Assembly: GCA_040080915.1 (NCBI GenBank)
Contig: JBEBHD010000001.1
Span: 83 to 64,082, forward strand
Direction of reading: 5' to 3'
From: Saprospiraceae bacterium
GTDB lineage: Bacteria > Bacteroidota > Bacteroidia > Chitinophagales > Saprospiraceae
DNA: 64,000 bases
Part shown: positions 17,210 through 31,088 of the stretch, piece by piece
Layout of the letters: the number at the start of each line of letters is the position of its first letter
Numbering within the stretch: the stretch's first letter is position 1
Position numbers and translations under genes: made by a program
The notes under the pieces: generated by a model
Seen by the model: only the letters and a program-made list of their open reading frames with translations
The model's database searches: none
Told to the model about the DNA's origin: nothing

Positions 17210-18418
17210 ATGGCCCGAAAACCCGAACACGACACCATGGAAAATCGGTCAAAATACGATCAGCGCGGCGTATCTGCATCGAAAGATGAAGTACACGCGG
17301 CCATACGGCACTTGGACAAGGGCCTGTTCTCCAATGCATTTTGCAAAATATTGCCCGATATTGCCGCTGGCGACCCTGCGTTTTGCAACCTGCTGCACGC
17401 CGACACAGCGGGCACCAAAACCAGTTTGGCTTACTTGTATTGGCGCGAAACGGGCGACTTGTCCGTATGGGCCGGCGTGGCACAGGATGCCATCGTGATG
17501 AACCTCGACGATATGGCCTGCGCCGGCTGCACCGGCCCCATCCTGTTGTCGAGTACCATCGGACGGAACAAAAATCTGGTTCCGGGCGAGGTAATCGCGG
17601 CAGTAATCCGCGGCACCTCCGATTTTGTGGACACTATGCGGCGCTTCGGCGTGGACCTGCACTTGGCTGGTGGCGAAACCGCCGACGTGGGCGACATCGT
17701 GCGCACAATAGATGTGGGGGTTACGGCCTTTGCGCGTATGCGGCGCAGCGCGGTTTTGGAAGCTGATATCCGCCCCGGCGACGTAGTGGTGGGGCTGGCA
17801 TCGGCCGGGCAAGCCAACTATGAAACCGAGTACAACGGCGGCATGGGCAGCAATGGCCTGACCGCCGCCCGGCACGATGTTTTCTCCAATGAATACGCAA
17901 CACGCTACCCCGAAAGTTTTGACCCGAACGTGCCCGCCGACCTGGTGTACACCGGAAAAAATCGGCTGACCGATCCCGTCGTGGCGGACGGGCGGCTAAC
18001 CACCGTCGGCAAACTGATCCTCTCGCCCACGCGGACATACCTGCCCGTGCTGCAGGCAATTCTGGCCAAACACCGGGAACATGTACACGGCTTGATCCAC
18101 TGCACCGGAGGCGGCCAAACCAAGGTGCTCAAGTTTTTGAAGGGCGGACATGTGGTCAAGGACAACCTGCACAACTTACCTCCGCTTTTTCGCCTGATTC
18201 AGGAAAGCAGCGGTACCGCCTGGCGCGAAATGTACCAGGTGTTCAACATGGGCCACCGCATGGAAATTTACCTGCCGAAAGAGCACGCGGAATCAACCAT
18301 TCAGATCGCCGCCGGTTTTGGTATCGAGGCCCGCGTTGTGGGGCGGGTGGAATCTCACCCGTCCGCCAAGGTGACCGTGGCGAGCGCCCAAGGAATATTT
18401 GAATACGTTGAAAATTAG
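17210..18418 (+). CDS. purM: AIR synthase-related protein / phosphoribosylformylglycinamidine cyclo-ligase (Bacteroidota-type PurM)
   Basis: 402 aa with a PurM-fold signature: HADTAGTKTSLAY, DAIVMNLDDMACAG, HLAGGETAD, LASAGQANYE...GMGSNGLT, IHCTGGGQTK, FNMGHRMEIY. Divergent from E. coli PurM, so the symbol is tentative. Confidence 0.7.
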   Translation: MARKPEHDTMENRSKYDQRGVSASKDEVHAAIRHLDKGLFSNAFCKILPDIAAGDPAFCNLLHADTAGTKTSLAYLYWRETGDLSVWAGVAQDAIVMNLDDMACAGCTGPILLSSTIGRNKNLVPGEVIAAVIRGTSDFVDTMRRFGVDLHLAGGETADVGDIVRTIDVGVTAFARMRRSAVLEADIRPGDVVVGLASAGQANYETEYNGGMGSNGLTAARHDVFSNEYATRYPESFDPNVPADLVYTGKNRLTDPVVADGRLTTVGKLILSPTRTYLPVLQAILAKHREHVHGLIHCTGGGQTKVLKFLKGGHVVKDNLHNLPPLFRLIQESSGTAWREMYQVFNMGHRMEIYLPKEHAESTIQIAAGFGIEARVVGRVESHPSAKVTVASAQGIFEYVEN

Positions 18419-18503
18419 CAAAATACGCGGTTGCCCGGCGCAATCGAATCCAGCAAAACTTGTTAACTCCGAACCTCCCTTTTTTCCAGCAAACAAACAC
18501 GAC

Positions 18504-19379
18504 ATGAGAATACTAAACTTGCTTTTCATTGCCTTGCTGCCCAGCCTCGTGTTGGTCTCCTGCGACGAGAATTTTACCAAAAAAATCGCGGCCTTGGAGC
18601 AACAGGTGGCCGCCAGCAGCGACCCTGCTCTGGCCGACTCACTCGCCCGCACCTACCTCGCTGCCGTGACCGCCAACCCGAACAACCACGCCGACAACCT
18701 GCGCTATCTGACCAAGGCCGCCGAGATCAAATTTTCCCAAAAAGACGTGCTCGGTGCCGCTCGCTTGGTGAACGGCGCTCTCAAAACCCATGGTGAGGGG
18801 CAAGACCTGGCGGAACCCGTGGGCTTGCTCGCCCGCGTTTGGCGCATGTACCAGCACAAGGCAACACCCGACCTGTCCAGTAACCCCGACGACATAGACC
18901 AGACCAAACTCAACTTGGAGCGCAACCTGTTTTGGATTGACTCGGCCCTGATCCGCCTTGAAAGCGGCATGGGCGGTGCCGCCGCCCCCGACAAAACCAA
19001 GGCAGCGCTGTTTTTGCAACTTTCCGAAGGCTATGCCACGCTGGTGCAGACCGTGGATCCGAACAAGTTCGTGGAACTGAACCTGAAAGCGGCCGGCCTC
19101 GCCAAAACGGTGGGCGAACCGAACACGGCTCTGCGTTTTTACTACAACGTAGCCGACAAAACGCCTACACACGCCAAGGCTCCGACCGCACTGTTTATGA
19201 TGGGCTTTATCTACGAAAACGACTTACGGGACATCGCTTCGGCCAAAAGCACCTACGAGGATTTTCTGAAGCGCTATCCCAACGACCCCGACTACGTGGA
19301 CGATGCGCAAAATGCCCTGCGGTACCTCGGCATGTCGCCGGAGGAGATCATCAAGCAGTTTGAAAAAAATCCACAGTAG
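18504..19379 (+). CDS. Lipoprotein with TPR-like C-terminal region
   Basis: Start at MRILNLLFIALLPSLVLVSC (lipobox L-V-S-C). The C-terminal segment AKAPTALFMMGFIYENDLRDIASAKSTYEDFLKRYPNDPDYVDDAQNAL resembles YbgF/TPR-type repeats. Confidence 0.55.
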   Translation: MRILNLLFIALLPSLVLVSCDENFTKKIAALEQQVAASSDPALADSLARTYLAAVTANPNNHADNLRYLTKAAEIKFSQKDVLGAARLVNGALKTHGEGQDLAEPVGLLARVWRMYQHKATPDLSSNPDDIDQTKLNLERNLFWIDSALIRLESGMGGAAAPDKTKAALFLQLSEGYATLVQTVDPNKFVELNLKAAGLAKTVGEPNTALRFYYNVADKTPTHAKAPTALFMMGFIYENDLRDIASAKSTYEDFLKRYPNDPDYVDDAQNALRYLGMSPEEIIKQFEKNPQ

Positions 19380-19386
19380 CCCCGGT

Positions 19387-20265
19387 ATGGGCACTCCTTT
19401 CGCCACGGCGTTCCATGAATTTGTCCGCACGGTGGGGCCGACAAGCCGATTGCGCCTGGCCCCTACCCCATCGGGCTATTTGCACCTCGGCAACGCTTAC
19501 AACTTCATACTCAACTGGGTCGCCGCCCGGCACACGCCCGGTGCCCGTATCCTGCTGCGCGTGGACGACCTTGATGCCGAACGCAAGCGCCCGGAGTACG
19601 TGCAGGACGTATTCGATACGCTCGAATGGTTGGGTTTGGACTGGGACGACGGCCCTCATTCGGCTGCGGATTTCGAGGCCAACTGGTCGCAGCACTACCG
19701 GTTGCCGCTGTACGAGCGGGCGTTGGAGCAGTTGCGCCACGGCGGCCACTTGTTTGCCTGCGGCAAATCCCGCCGTGATTTGGCACCATTCGGCGGCGAT
19801 TACCCCTTGCATTTTCGGGAACAAACCTGCTCACTGAACGACCCCGACGTGGCTTGGCGCATCAAAACGCCCGTGCCCCGGCCTCCAGGCCTGCCGCCCG
19901 ATTTTGTGGTACGCCGCCGCGACGGCATTCCCGCCTATCAGGTGGCGAGCGTGGCCGATGACCTGCATTTGGGCATCACCCACGTGGTTCGAGGTGCCGA
20001 CCTGGCCGACTCGACAGCCGCGCAGCGGTATTTGGCCGGGTGTATGGGCCAGCCGGAATTTGCCAATATTCGGTTCTTGCATCACCCGCTTTTGCTTAAC
20101 GATTCTGGCGAAAAATTGTCCAAGTCTGCCGGAGCAGCGGCGCTTAAAACACATCGGGACACAGGGCTTACACCGGCAGCGGTATACCGCGGGTTGGCGA
20201 GGTGGTTGGGCCTGGAACCGGTGGCAGAAACCTCAAATGGCTTGTTGGAAATCATTGGAAGGTAA
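19387..20265 (+). CDS. gluQ: tRNA glutamyl-Q(34) synthetase (GluQRS, truncated GluRS paralog)
   Basis: About 292 aa with a class I catalytic core and no anticodon-binding domain: RLAPTPSGYLHLGNAYNFILNW, LLRVDDLD, PAYQVASVADDLHLGITHVVRGADL, KLSKS. Start placed at ATG 19387 (MGTPFATAF..). Confidence 0.75.
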   Translation: MGTPFATAFHEFVRTVGPTSRLRLAPTPSGYLHLGNAYNFILNWVAARHTPGARILLRVDDLDAERKRPEYVQDVFDTLEWLGLDWDDGPHSAADFEANWSQHYRLPLYERALEQLRHGGHLFACGKSRRDLAPFGGDYPLHFREQTCSLNDPDVAWRIKTPVPRPPGLPPDFVVRRRDGIPAYQVASVADDLHLGITHVVRGADLADSTAAQRYLAGCMGQPEFANIRFLHHPLLLNDSGEKLSKSAGAAALKTHRDTGLTPAAVYRGLARWLGLEPVAETSNGLLEIIGR

Positions 20266-20358
20266 CTGGTTGAATTTTCGCAGTTTTGCGCGTTTTTTTC
20301 CCGTACGCTACAGCACCGTTCCTAAGCGGGCAAACTGTACTAATCAACCCGTACTCGA

Positions 20359-21762
20359 ATGTACCAACCAATCCAGCAGACTGATGCCCTGGCCAAACGC
20401 CAGACAAACATCCTGGGTAACAAGTCTGCCGTGCATAAAATCGGCCCTGTGGTTCGTATCGCCCTGTTTGCAGTGGCAACAGGCGTATTGGTGGCAGGCG
20501 TATATTTCCCTAAGACAATCGGGTTGTCGCTGTTTGTCGCTGGTTTTTTCAACTACCTGATCCTCATTGCTTTTCGGCTGAGCAACAACGTGGGTCAACT
20601 GACAGAGTCGGCCCCAAAACAAGCCCTGGCCGATCCGTTGTACTGGCCGTCATTCACCATCATCGTTCCGTTGAAGAACGAGGGGGAAGTGGTGCATGGC
20701 ACGTTGCAGGCCATTGCCGACCTGGACTACCCGGACGTGCTGAAACAGGTGATCGTGGTGGTGGAAGAAACCGATACCATGACCCTTTCGGCGTTGAGTG
20801 ATGCCGACCTGCCATCCAATTTTGAACGCCTGCTGATCCCCGAAAAGCTACCCTTCACCAAAGGGCGTGCCCTGTTGCACGCACTTCGGTCGGCGCGGGG
20901 GGAGTACGTCACCGTGTACGATGCCGAAAGCCGGCCTGAGCCCTTTCAGTTGCGCCAAGCGGCTCAAGCACTGGCGGTACCCGGCGGCCCTTGGTGTTTG
21001 CAGGCCAGCATCCGAATTTCAAATCAGAGTGTCAACTGGATCACCCGCAATTTCGCCGGTGAATACTATGAGTGGTACGAACGCCACCTGCGCGAATTGT
21101 CCGATCAGGACATGCCGTTTGGGTTAGGCGGCAACTCGTTTTTCATTTCCCGTGCTCTGCTGGAAGAGGCCGGTGCCTGGGACCCCTACAACGTGACCGA
21201 AGATGCCGACCTCGCCGTGCGGCTGATTGAAAAGAATGTTCGCCTGCGCCTGTTAGACAGTGTGACCACCGAAACCTGCCCGGAGCGCATGGCAGACTGG
21301 ACCAATCAGCGCACGCGCTGGAACAAGGGTTTGTTCGTCACCCAGTTGGTACACCTGCCGCGGTCGGTCGCCATCCGGCAGTTTGGCCATGTTGGTTGGA
21401 TAAATTTTTGGTTGCCCATGACGTGCGCGGGCTTAGTAACTTTTTTTAATACTTTTGTGCCCGTGTTTTTGATGTTCGGCGGGTTCCCGTTTCAGTGGCT
21501 GTTTGTGTTGAGCGGCAGTTTGTGGACATTGTTTTTCGTCAACCTCGTGAGCTCCACATTGATAAACAAACTGACCTACAAACGCTTGGGCATTCGGGTG
21601 GGCGCGACAAGAGCATTTTTGGACGTGCTGGCCTACCTCGTTTTGCACTTGGGGGCTGGCTACAAAGCCTACGCGGAGTATTTTTGGTCGCCCTTACACT
21701 GGCACAAAACCGCACACAAAGAATCCCAAAAGCCCGAAAAAACTGTCTTGAACATTCATTGA
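20359..21762 (+). CDS. Membrane-embedded family 2 glycosyltransferase, processive synthase type
   Basis: N-terminal TM helices. GT2 core (FTIIVPLKNEG, VYDAESRP, TEDADL). QRTRW (Q-x-x-R-W) motif followed by C-terminal TM helices. Confidence 0.85.
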   Translation: MYQPIQQTDALAKRQTNILGNKSAVHKIGPVVRIALFAVATGVLVAGVYFPKTIGLSLFVAGFFNYLILIAFRLSNNVGQLTESAPKQALADPLYWPSFTIIVPLKNEGEVVHGTLQAIADLDYPDVLKQVIVVVEETDTMTLSALSDADLPSNFERLLIPEKLPFTKGRALLHALRSARGEYVTVYDAESRPEPFQLRQAAQALAVPGGPWCLQASIRISNQSVNWITRNFAGEYYEWYERHLRELSDQDMPFGLGGNSFFISRALLEEAGAWDPYNVTEDADLAVRLIEKNVRLRLLDSVTTETCPERMADWTNQRTRWNKGLFVTQLVHLPRSVAIRQFGHVGWINFWLPMTCAGLVTFFNTFVPVFLMFGGFPFQWLFVLSGSLWTLFFVNLVSSTLINKLTYKRLGIRVGATRAFLDVLAYLVLHLGAGYKAYAEYFWSPLHWHKTAHKESQKPEKTVLNIH

Positions 21763-21782
21763 TTTTAATAGCATTGTCTCTC

Positions 21783-24700
21783 ATGAAAGTCTGTATCCGT
21801 ACATTACTGCTCGCTGGCCTGTTTCTGCTTGGCATTTTTCCCCTCAATATCGCTAACGCCGCACCGGCAGGATGCCCTTCCGGCAACCCTGAGACCACCG
21901 TTGTTCCCCCCATTCTGATAACCTACACCTGGACCGGCACCGTGAGCACCGACTGGCACGACCCCTTCAACTGGTCGCCCATGGGTACGCCCCTGTCCGG
22001 GAGCCTTGCGGGCGACGACGTGGTGATCCCCGTCGTGGTCAGTGGGAACTACCCCGTTGTCATGGCCTCTGCCCGCGCACGCTCCATCAGCATCGCCTCC
22101 GGTGCTTCGCTGACGGTAAACGTGGGCGGCACCCTGAACGTAATCGCCAGCACCACCGACGGCGTGACCAACGCGGGCACACTGACCAACAACGGCACCA
22201 TGCGAGTGGACTCGTCCGCCAACGACGGCATCGTGAACCAGCTCAACGCCCTGATCTCCAACTCGGGCAGTCTGCTCATCATTGAAGGCGCGGGCAACCG
22301 CCTGGAAAACTACAGCACGGTGACCAACACCGGCGGCACGTTCACCGTGGACGGCGGCCTCGGCATCGGCCTGATCAACCACCCCGGCGCCACGATCACC
22401 AACTCCGGCGGCACCTTCCGGGTGCAATACGGCACCAACCAGCGTGTGGACAACTACGGCACCATTACCAACTCGGCCACTTTTACCATTGATGGCGCTT
22501 CTGCCGGGACGGGCCTGATCAATAGGGCCAACGCCAGCATCGCCAACAATGCCGGAACATTTAAGGTGCAATTCGGCACCGACAGGCGCGTGGACAACTA
22601 CGGCACCATCAGCAACTCGGCCACCTTTACCATTGACGGCGCTTCTACTGGCGAAGGTTTGATCAACCGGGCCAACGCCAGTATCACCAATAACGGCGGC
22701 ACGTTCACCGTGTCTGGTGGAACTGCTACACTCGTGGACAACTACAGCACCATCACCAATGCGGCTACCTTTAGAATCAATGGCTCTGGCGGCGGGCCGC
22801 TCCTGATTAACAGAACAGGTGCCAAGGCACTGAACAACACCGGGACTTTTTCCGTGGGGGCAGGCACCACTACCTTAGTGGAAAACGATGGCAGGATCGA
22901 AAACAACGGCACCTTTTCCATCGAGAACACCGGTGGAAGTGAAACCTTGGTGAACCGCGACTCGGTGATCAACAAAGCAGGCGCGACGTTCAATGTGCAA
23001 TTCTCTACCGGGCGCATCTTGAAAAACTCGAAATACGTAGGTAACTCCGGTACGATGAACCTCCAAAACGCAATATCTTCCGGCTTCCCCGAGCTCGTTA
23101 TAAACGACCAAGATGCCGTCATTTTCAACGACAATGGCGCTGTGCTGTACATGGGCAATACCGGTGCTAATCAGCAGATATTCAGCAACCACGGAACATT
23201 TCAAAACAACGGAAAGGCATCCTTAATTGCGTGCAGAAGCAAGGCCCTCTACAACTCGGGCACCGGGGTGGTGGACGTACAGGATTCGTTAGGAATAAAT
23301 AGCATTGGTGGCCAGGCCGTCACGAACGAGAATTCGTTCACACTCGGCGCGAACGGCAAATTAAGCATCGGAAACAACATTGGCGGCGGCGGGATCAAAA
23401 ACAGTGCCTTGTTTGTGAGCAACATCGGTTGCCGGCTGTCCACCGGTACCATGACCGGTAGCGCCATCACCAACGATGCCGGTGCTGTGTTCACCAACAA
23501 TTGTGCGACCACTATTTTACAAGCTAATCCAGACAGGATCGCAAACAACGGACACTACACCCACCTGAACGGCAGTATGACCCTGACCGGTTTTGGCATG
23601 AACAGGTTTATGGGCAATAACGGATACGCCGAGATGAACATACCTTTTTATATTGACGTAGTCGTAGCCAACTATTTTTACAACTCCGATACCCTGATTC
23701 TCGGCGACCAATGCATTTTCCCGCATCGAACGGGCATCAATCGGGTATTCGAAAACACGGCAGGTGCCTACCTGTACTCCGATGCTGAATTCAGTTTCCA
23801 AAGCATGAATAATTTCCTGGACAACAAAGGCAAAGCCATTCTCGGGCCGAGTTCAACGTATTTGGGCCGCAATTTGTCTATCACGAATGTGATCGCCAAC
23901 ACCGATTCGCTTTTTCTGCAAGGAACGATCGAGATAAGCCGCTTTTATGGATATGGCATCCAAAACACCGGGTACACCGAAAATTCCGGCTCCTTTTTCA
24001 GCAACTATACCGGCAATGGCATTTTGAACGACGGCGGCACATTCGTTAACTCCGGTTCGCTGCGCCTGGACTCCATAAGCAACAGTGGCCTGCTGCTGCA
24101 AGGGGCGCAAACGTTTACCAACACCTCCAGCGGGACGATCTCCACGTCGGTCGTTATGTCCAACAGCATCAAGAACGAAGCCGGTTCGTTCCTTAACGAA
24201 GGCGAAATCGAACTCGGCGTTCGGGACAGCATGGGGAATACGGGTATTTATAACCAGGCCCAGTTTACCAATAAAAACCTGATCACCATCGGTGGCGACG
24301 GCGATGTGATTGGCCAGAACGGCATTCAAAATGCTGGCGGCGGCAACCTCCTCAATCGAGGCACCATCAATATCGGAACCGGCACAGCCGTATTTCTCGG
24401 CGATGGCATTCACAACCAAGAGACCTTCACCAACGACTACTGCGCCGAAATCAACCTGAACGACAACCTGAATAACTCCGGCACCTTCGACAACAACGGC
24501 GTGCTGAACATCAACACCAACCAGGTGCATACGAACTCGGGCACCTTCACCAACCGCGGCACCGTCAACTTCCTGCAGCCGGGCAGCATCCCCGGACTGA
24601 TCAACGACCCCTTTGTGCTGACCTGCCCCGACGACCAGACCATCTGCCAGTACGCATCTGCGCTCGACCTAAGCACACTGAGCGCCAACCCAAGCGGCGG

Positions 24701-26720
24701 CACGTACAGCGGCACCACCGTGAGCAGCAACATGTTCGACCCGACCGCAGCAGGTCCGGGTATGCATACGATTACCTACACCTACACCCACTACGACGGA
24801 TGCGAACAGTCTTGCATGTTCGACATCGAAGTGATCGCGGCACCCGTGGCCACTGCCACGCCTTCGCCGGAGTCCATCTGTTCGGGCGAAGAAACCGATA
24901 TTGATCTGAGCAGCGATGTACCCGGCAGCACCTTCACCTGGGTGGTGCAGAGCACAAGCGGCAACGTGAACGGGCAGGCCGACGATAGTGGAAGCACCAT
25001 TGCCCAAACGCTCAGCGTCAACGACGGTAACCCCGGCACCATAGTGTACCGGATCACCCCCACCGGCCCGGCACCGCACTACTGCGTCGGCCAAACTACC
25101 GATGTGACGGTGAACATAACCGCAAACCAGATAACCAGCATCACCTGCCCCGGCCCTGTCACGGTCACCTGTGCCAGCCAGGTTCCGGCTCCCGACCCGG
25201 ACCTCGTATCGGCCACCGACTTGTGTGGAAACACGCTCGTAGCCAGCCACTTGTTTACATCCCCGCCCTATAATGTTGATTGCCTCAACCGTTTCCAGCG
25301 CACGCGCTGGTATCAGGTGGAGGACGAAGGCGGCAACACGGCGAGCTGCTCGCAGGTCATCACGGTGTACGACGACGTGAAGCCCAACTTTACCGCCGTT
25401 CCGGCAAACGTAACGGTGCAGTGCAACAGCGTACCCACCGTGGGCAACCCAACGGCCACCGACGGCTGCGCCGGTGCCGTCAACATTTCTTACGACGGCC
25501 AGGCGGTTGTCGCTGGCGCTTGCACGGATGCCTACACCATCACCCGCACCTGGACGGCCACCGATGCCTGCGGCAACACCCGAACCGCCACCCAACGCAT
25601 CACGGTCATTGACACCCAGAAGCCTAATTTCACCAGCACCCCGGCCAACGTCACCGTGCAGTGCGATGCCGTACCGGCCGCTGCCACACTCACTGCCACC
25701 GACAACTGTGACCCCGTGGTAGCCATCACCTACAACGGCGAAACCCGCACGAACGGAACTTGTGCAAACGCCTACTCCTTGACCCGTCGGTGGACCGCCG
25801 CCGACAACTGCGGCAATACCCGCACCATTTCCCAACGCATCACCGTGGTTGACAATGGCAAGCCGGCATTCTCCACGTTCCCAGCCAACGCCACCGTCTC
25901 CTGCACCGACCCGATACCGCCAGTCGGCACCGCCACCGCCACCGACGGCTGCGGCTCGGCCACGGTGACCTACCTCGGCCAGAGCACCGTAAGCGGCACC
26001 TGCCCCTCCAGTTACCAGATCCGCCGCACCTGGCGTGCCACAGATGCCTGCGGCAACAGTACTGCGGCAACACAAACGATCCAGGTGTCGGACACCGGGG
26101 CACCGACATTTACCTCCGTTCCCGGCCCGCTCACCATCGAATGCACCGAGACCATCCCGCCGCTCGTCAACCCCACCGCCACGGATGCCTGCGGCGGCTA
26201 CGCTTTCATCACCTTCCTCGGGCAAGTGGCCAGCGGAAGCGGCTGCTCGGCAGACTACACCATCACCCGCACCTGGCAGGCCTCGGATTTGTGCGGAAAC
26301 TCAATCTCGACGGTGCAGGTGATCACCGTGCTGGGCACGAGTTATGGCCCGCAGGAAACGGAAAACCGGACGCAGGATGCAGGGCGACCGGATGCAGGGC
26401 GACCGGATGCAGGGCGACCGGATGCAGGGCGACCGGATGCAGGGCGACCGCAAGGGTCGCCCCTACCGACCGTTCGCCTGCAACCCAACCCGACGAGCGA
26501 CAAGATTTGGATTGATTTGTCGGATTTTGTTGGCGAGGCGGTGACGGTTTCGATTGTGAGCGACCTGGGCCAGTTGGTTTGGGAACAGAAAATACCTGTT
26601 GTGGAAGAGCGAAAATTGTTGGTGAGCCTGCGCCACGCGGGCGCTGCGGCGGGGATTTACACCCTGAGTGTGTACGGGAAGCAAGCAGTGGCTGCCGAAC
26701 GAGTAGTTTTGGTGGAGTGA
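21783..26720 (+). CDS. Giant T9SS cargo protein 1: beta-helix-like NxGT repeat head + HYR-like repeat stalk + T9SS type-A sorting domain
   Basis: Start at MKVCIRTLLLAGLFLLGIFPLNIANA (signal peptide). The ORF extension back to 21495 overlaps the GT2 gene. Long run of degenerate TNxGTFxV/NNGT repeats. From about 25141, five ~80-aa modules with paired TATDxCGN motifs. C-terminal RLQPNPTSDKIWIDL...GIYTLSVYG...VVLVE sorting domain. Confidence 0.8.
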   Translation: MKVCIRTLLLAGLFLLGIFPLNIANAAPAGCPSGNPETTVVPPILITYTWTGTVSTDWHDPFNWSPMGTPLSGSLAGDDVVIPVVVSGNYPVVMASARARSISIASGASLTVNVGGTLNVIASTTDGVTNAGTLTNNGTMRVDSSANDGIVNQLNALISNSGSLLIIEGAGNRLENYSTVTNTGGTFTVDGGLGIGLINHPGATITNSGGTFRVQYGTNQRVDNYGTITNSATFTIDGASAGTGLINRANASIANNAGTFKVQFGTDRRVDNYGTISNSATFTIDGASTGEGLINRANASITNNGGTFTVSGGTATLVDNYSTITNAATFRINGSGGGPLLINRTGAKALNNTGTFSVGAGTTTLVENDGRIENNGTFSIENTGGSETLVNRDSVINKAGATFNVQFSTGRILKNSKYVGNSGTMNLQNAISSGFPELVINDQDAVIFNDNGAVLYMGNTGANQQIFSNHGTFQNNGKASLIACRSKALYNSGTGVVDVQDSLGINSIGGQAVTNENSFTLGANGKLSIGNNIGGGGIKNSALFVSNIGCRLSTGTMTGSAITNDAGAVFTNNCATTILQANPDRIANNGHYTHLNGSMTLTGFGMNRFMGNNGYAEMNIPFYIDVVVANYFYNSDTLILGDQCIFPHRTGINRVFENTAGAYLYSDAEFSFQSMNNFLDNKGKAILGPSSTYLGRNLSITNVIANTDSLFLQGTIEISRFYGYGIQNTGYTENSGSFFSNYTGNGILNDGGTFVNSGSLRLDSISNSGLLLQGAQTFTNTSSGTISTSVVMSNSIKNEAGSFLNEGEIELGVRDSMGNTGIYNQAQFTNKNLITIGGDGDVIGQNGIQNAGGGNLLNRGTINIGTGTAVFLGDGIHNQETFTNDYCAEINLNDNLNNSGTFDNNGVLNINTNQVHTNSGTFTNRGTVNFLQPGSIPGLINDPFVLTCPDDQTICQYASALDLSTLSANPSGGTYSGTTVSSNMFDPTAAGPGMHTITYTYTHYDGCEQSCMFDIEVIAAPVATATPSPESICSGEETDIDLSSDVPGSTFTWVVQSTSGNVNGQADDSGSTIAQTLSVNDGNPGTIVYRITPTGPAPHYCVGQTTDVTVNITANQITSITCPGPVTVTCASQVPAPDPDLVSATDLCGNTLVASHLFTSPPYNVDCLNRFQRTRWYQVEDEGGNTASCSQVITVYDDVKPNFTAVPANVTVQCNSVPTVGNPTATDGCAGAVNISYDGQAVVAGACTDAYTITRTWTATDACGNTRTATQRITVIDTQKPNFTSTPANVTVQCDAVPAAATLTATDNCDPVVAITYNGETRTNGTCANAYSLTRRWTAADNCGNTRTISQRITVVDNGKPAFSTFPANATVSCTDPIPPVGTATATDGCGSATVTYLGQSTVSGTCPSSYQIRRTWRATDACGNSTAATQTIQVSDTGAPTFTSVPGPLTIECTETIPPLVNPTATDACGGYAFITFLGQVASGSGCSADYTITRTWQASDLCGNSISTVQVITVLGTSYGPQETENRTQDAGRPDAGRPDAGRPDAGRPDAGRPQGSPLPTVRLQPNPTSDKIWIDLSDFVGEAVTVSIVSDLGQLVWEQKIPVVEERKLLVSLRHAGAAAGIYTLSVYGKQAVAAERVVLVE
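26377..26451 (+). repeat. Perfect 15-bp tandem repeat x5 (GATGCAGGGCGACCG) inside the cargo gene linker, encoding (DAGRP)5
   Basis: Read directly. The last copy runs into GGGCGACC-GCAA-GGTCGCCC (about 26443-26462), an 8-bp stem with a GNRA-type loop. Confidence 0.95.
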
Positions 26721-26739
26721 TTCAGTTCAGACTATTCAA

Positions 26740-26823
26740 TTCACCACAGATTTTCACAGATTCACACACATTTTTCAAAAAAAGAGGGAAAATCTGTGTG
26801 AACCTGTGAAAATCTGTGGTGAA
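26740..26823. repeat. 29-bp inverted repeat (1 mismatch) with 26-nt spacer, built from the CACAGATT/AATCTGTG word family
   Basis: The left arm TTCACCACAGATTTTCACAGATTCACACA (26740-26768) matches the reverse complement of the right arm TGTGTGAACCTGTGAAAATCTGTGGTGAA (26795-26823). Located between the cargo-1 stop (26720) and the HTCS-2 start (26982). Confidence 0.9.
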
Positions 26824-26981
26824 AAATGACTCGCCGAAACTTGGCCGTTGACCATGTTTGGAATGGCCTGGCCACCAGAGTGGGGTATCCGAAGCGGGTA
26901 CATGGCCGCCTACCGCTGGTGCTGGTAGCAGGGTCAGGCAGTTTCCCTACTTTTGCTGCGCGAAAAAATGCCTGCTCGGCC

Positions 26982-31088
<4,107 letters not shown>

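Noticed and set aside
20279-20299. Intrinsic terminator after gluQ (cgca-gttt-tgcg followed by a T-run)
   Set aside because: The stem is only 4 bp, which is too weak to support as a feature.
21495-21782. N-terminal extension of the cargo-1 ORF back to 21495
   Set aside because: It would overlap the last 268 nt of the GT2 gene in another frame and lacks a signal peptide. ATG 21783 gives a classical signal peptide right after the GT2 stop.
24669-26225. 518-aa minus-strand ORF
   Set aside because: Antisense to the HYR-like stalk of cargo 1. The translation is Gly/Ala/Arg/Val-rich with no recognisable motifs. The same artefact recurs opposite every stalk copy (38034-39326, 51817-52326, 59608-60162).
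26377-26451. Frame-shifting phase-variation tract in cargo 1
   Set aside because: The unit is 15 bp, a multiple of three, so slippage changes linker length and keeps the reading frame. Kept only as a length-variable linker.
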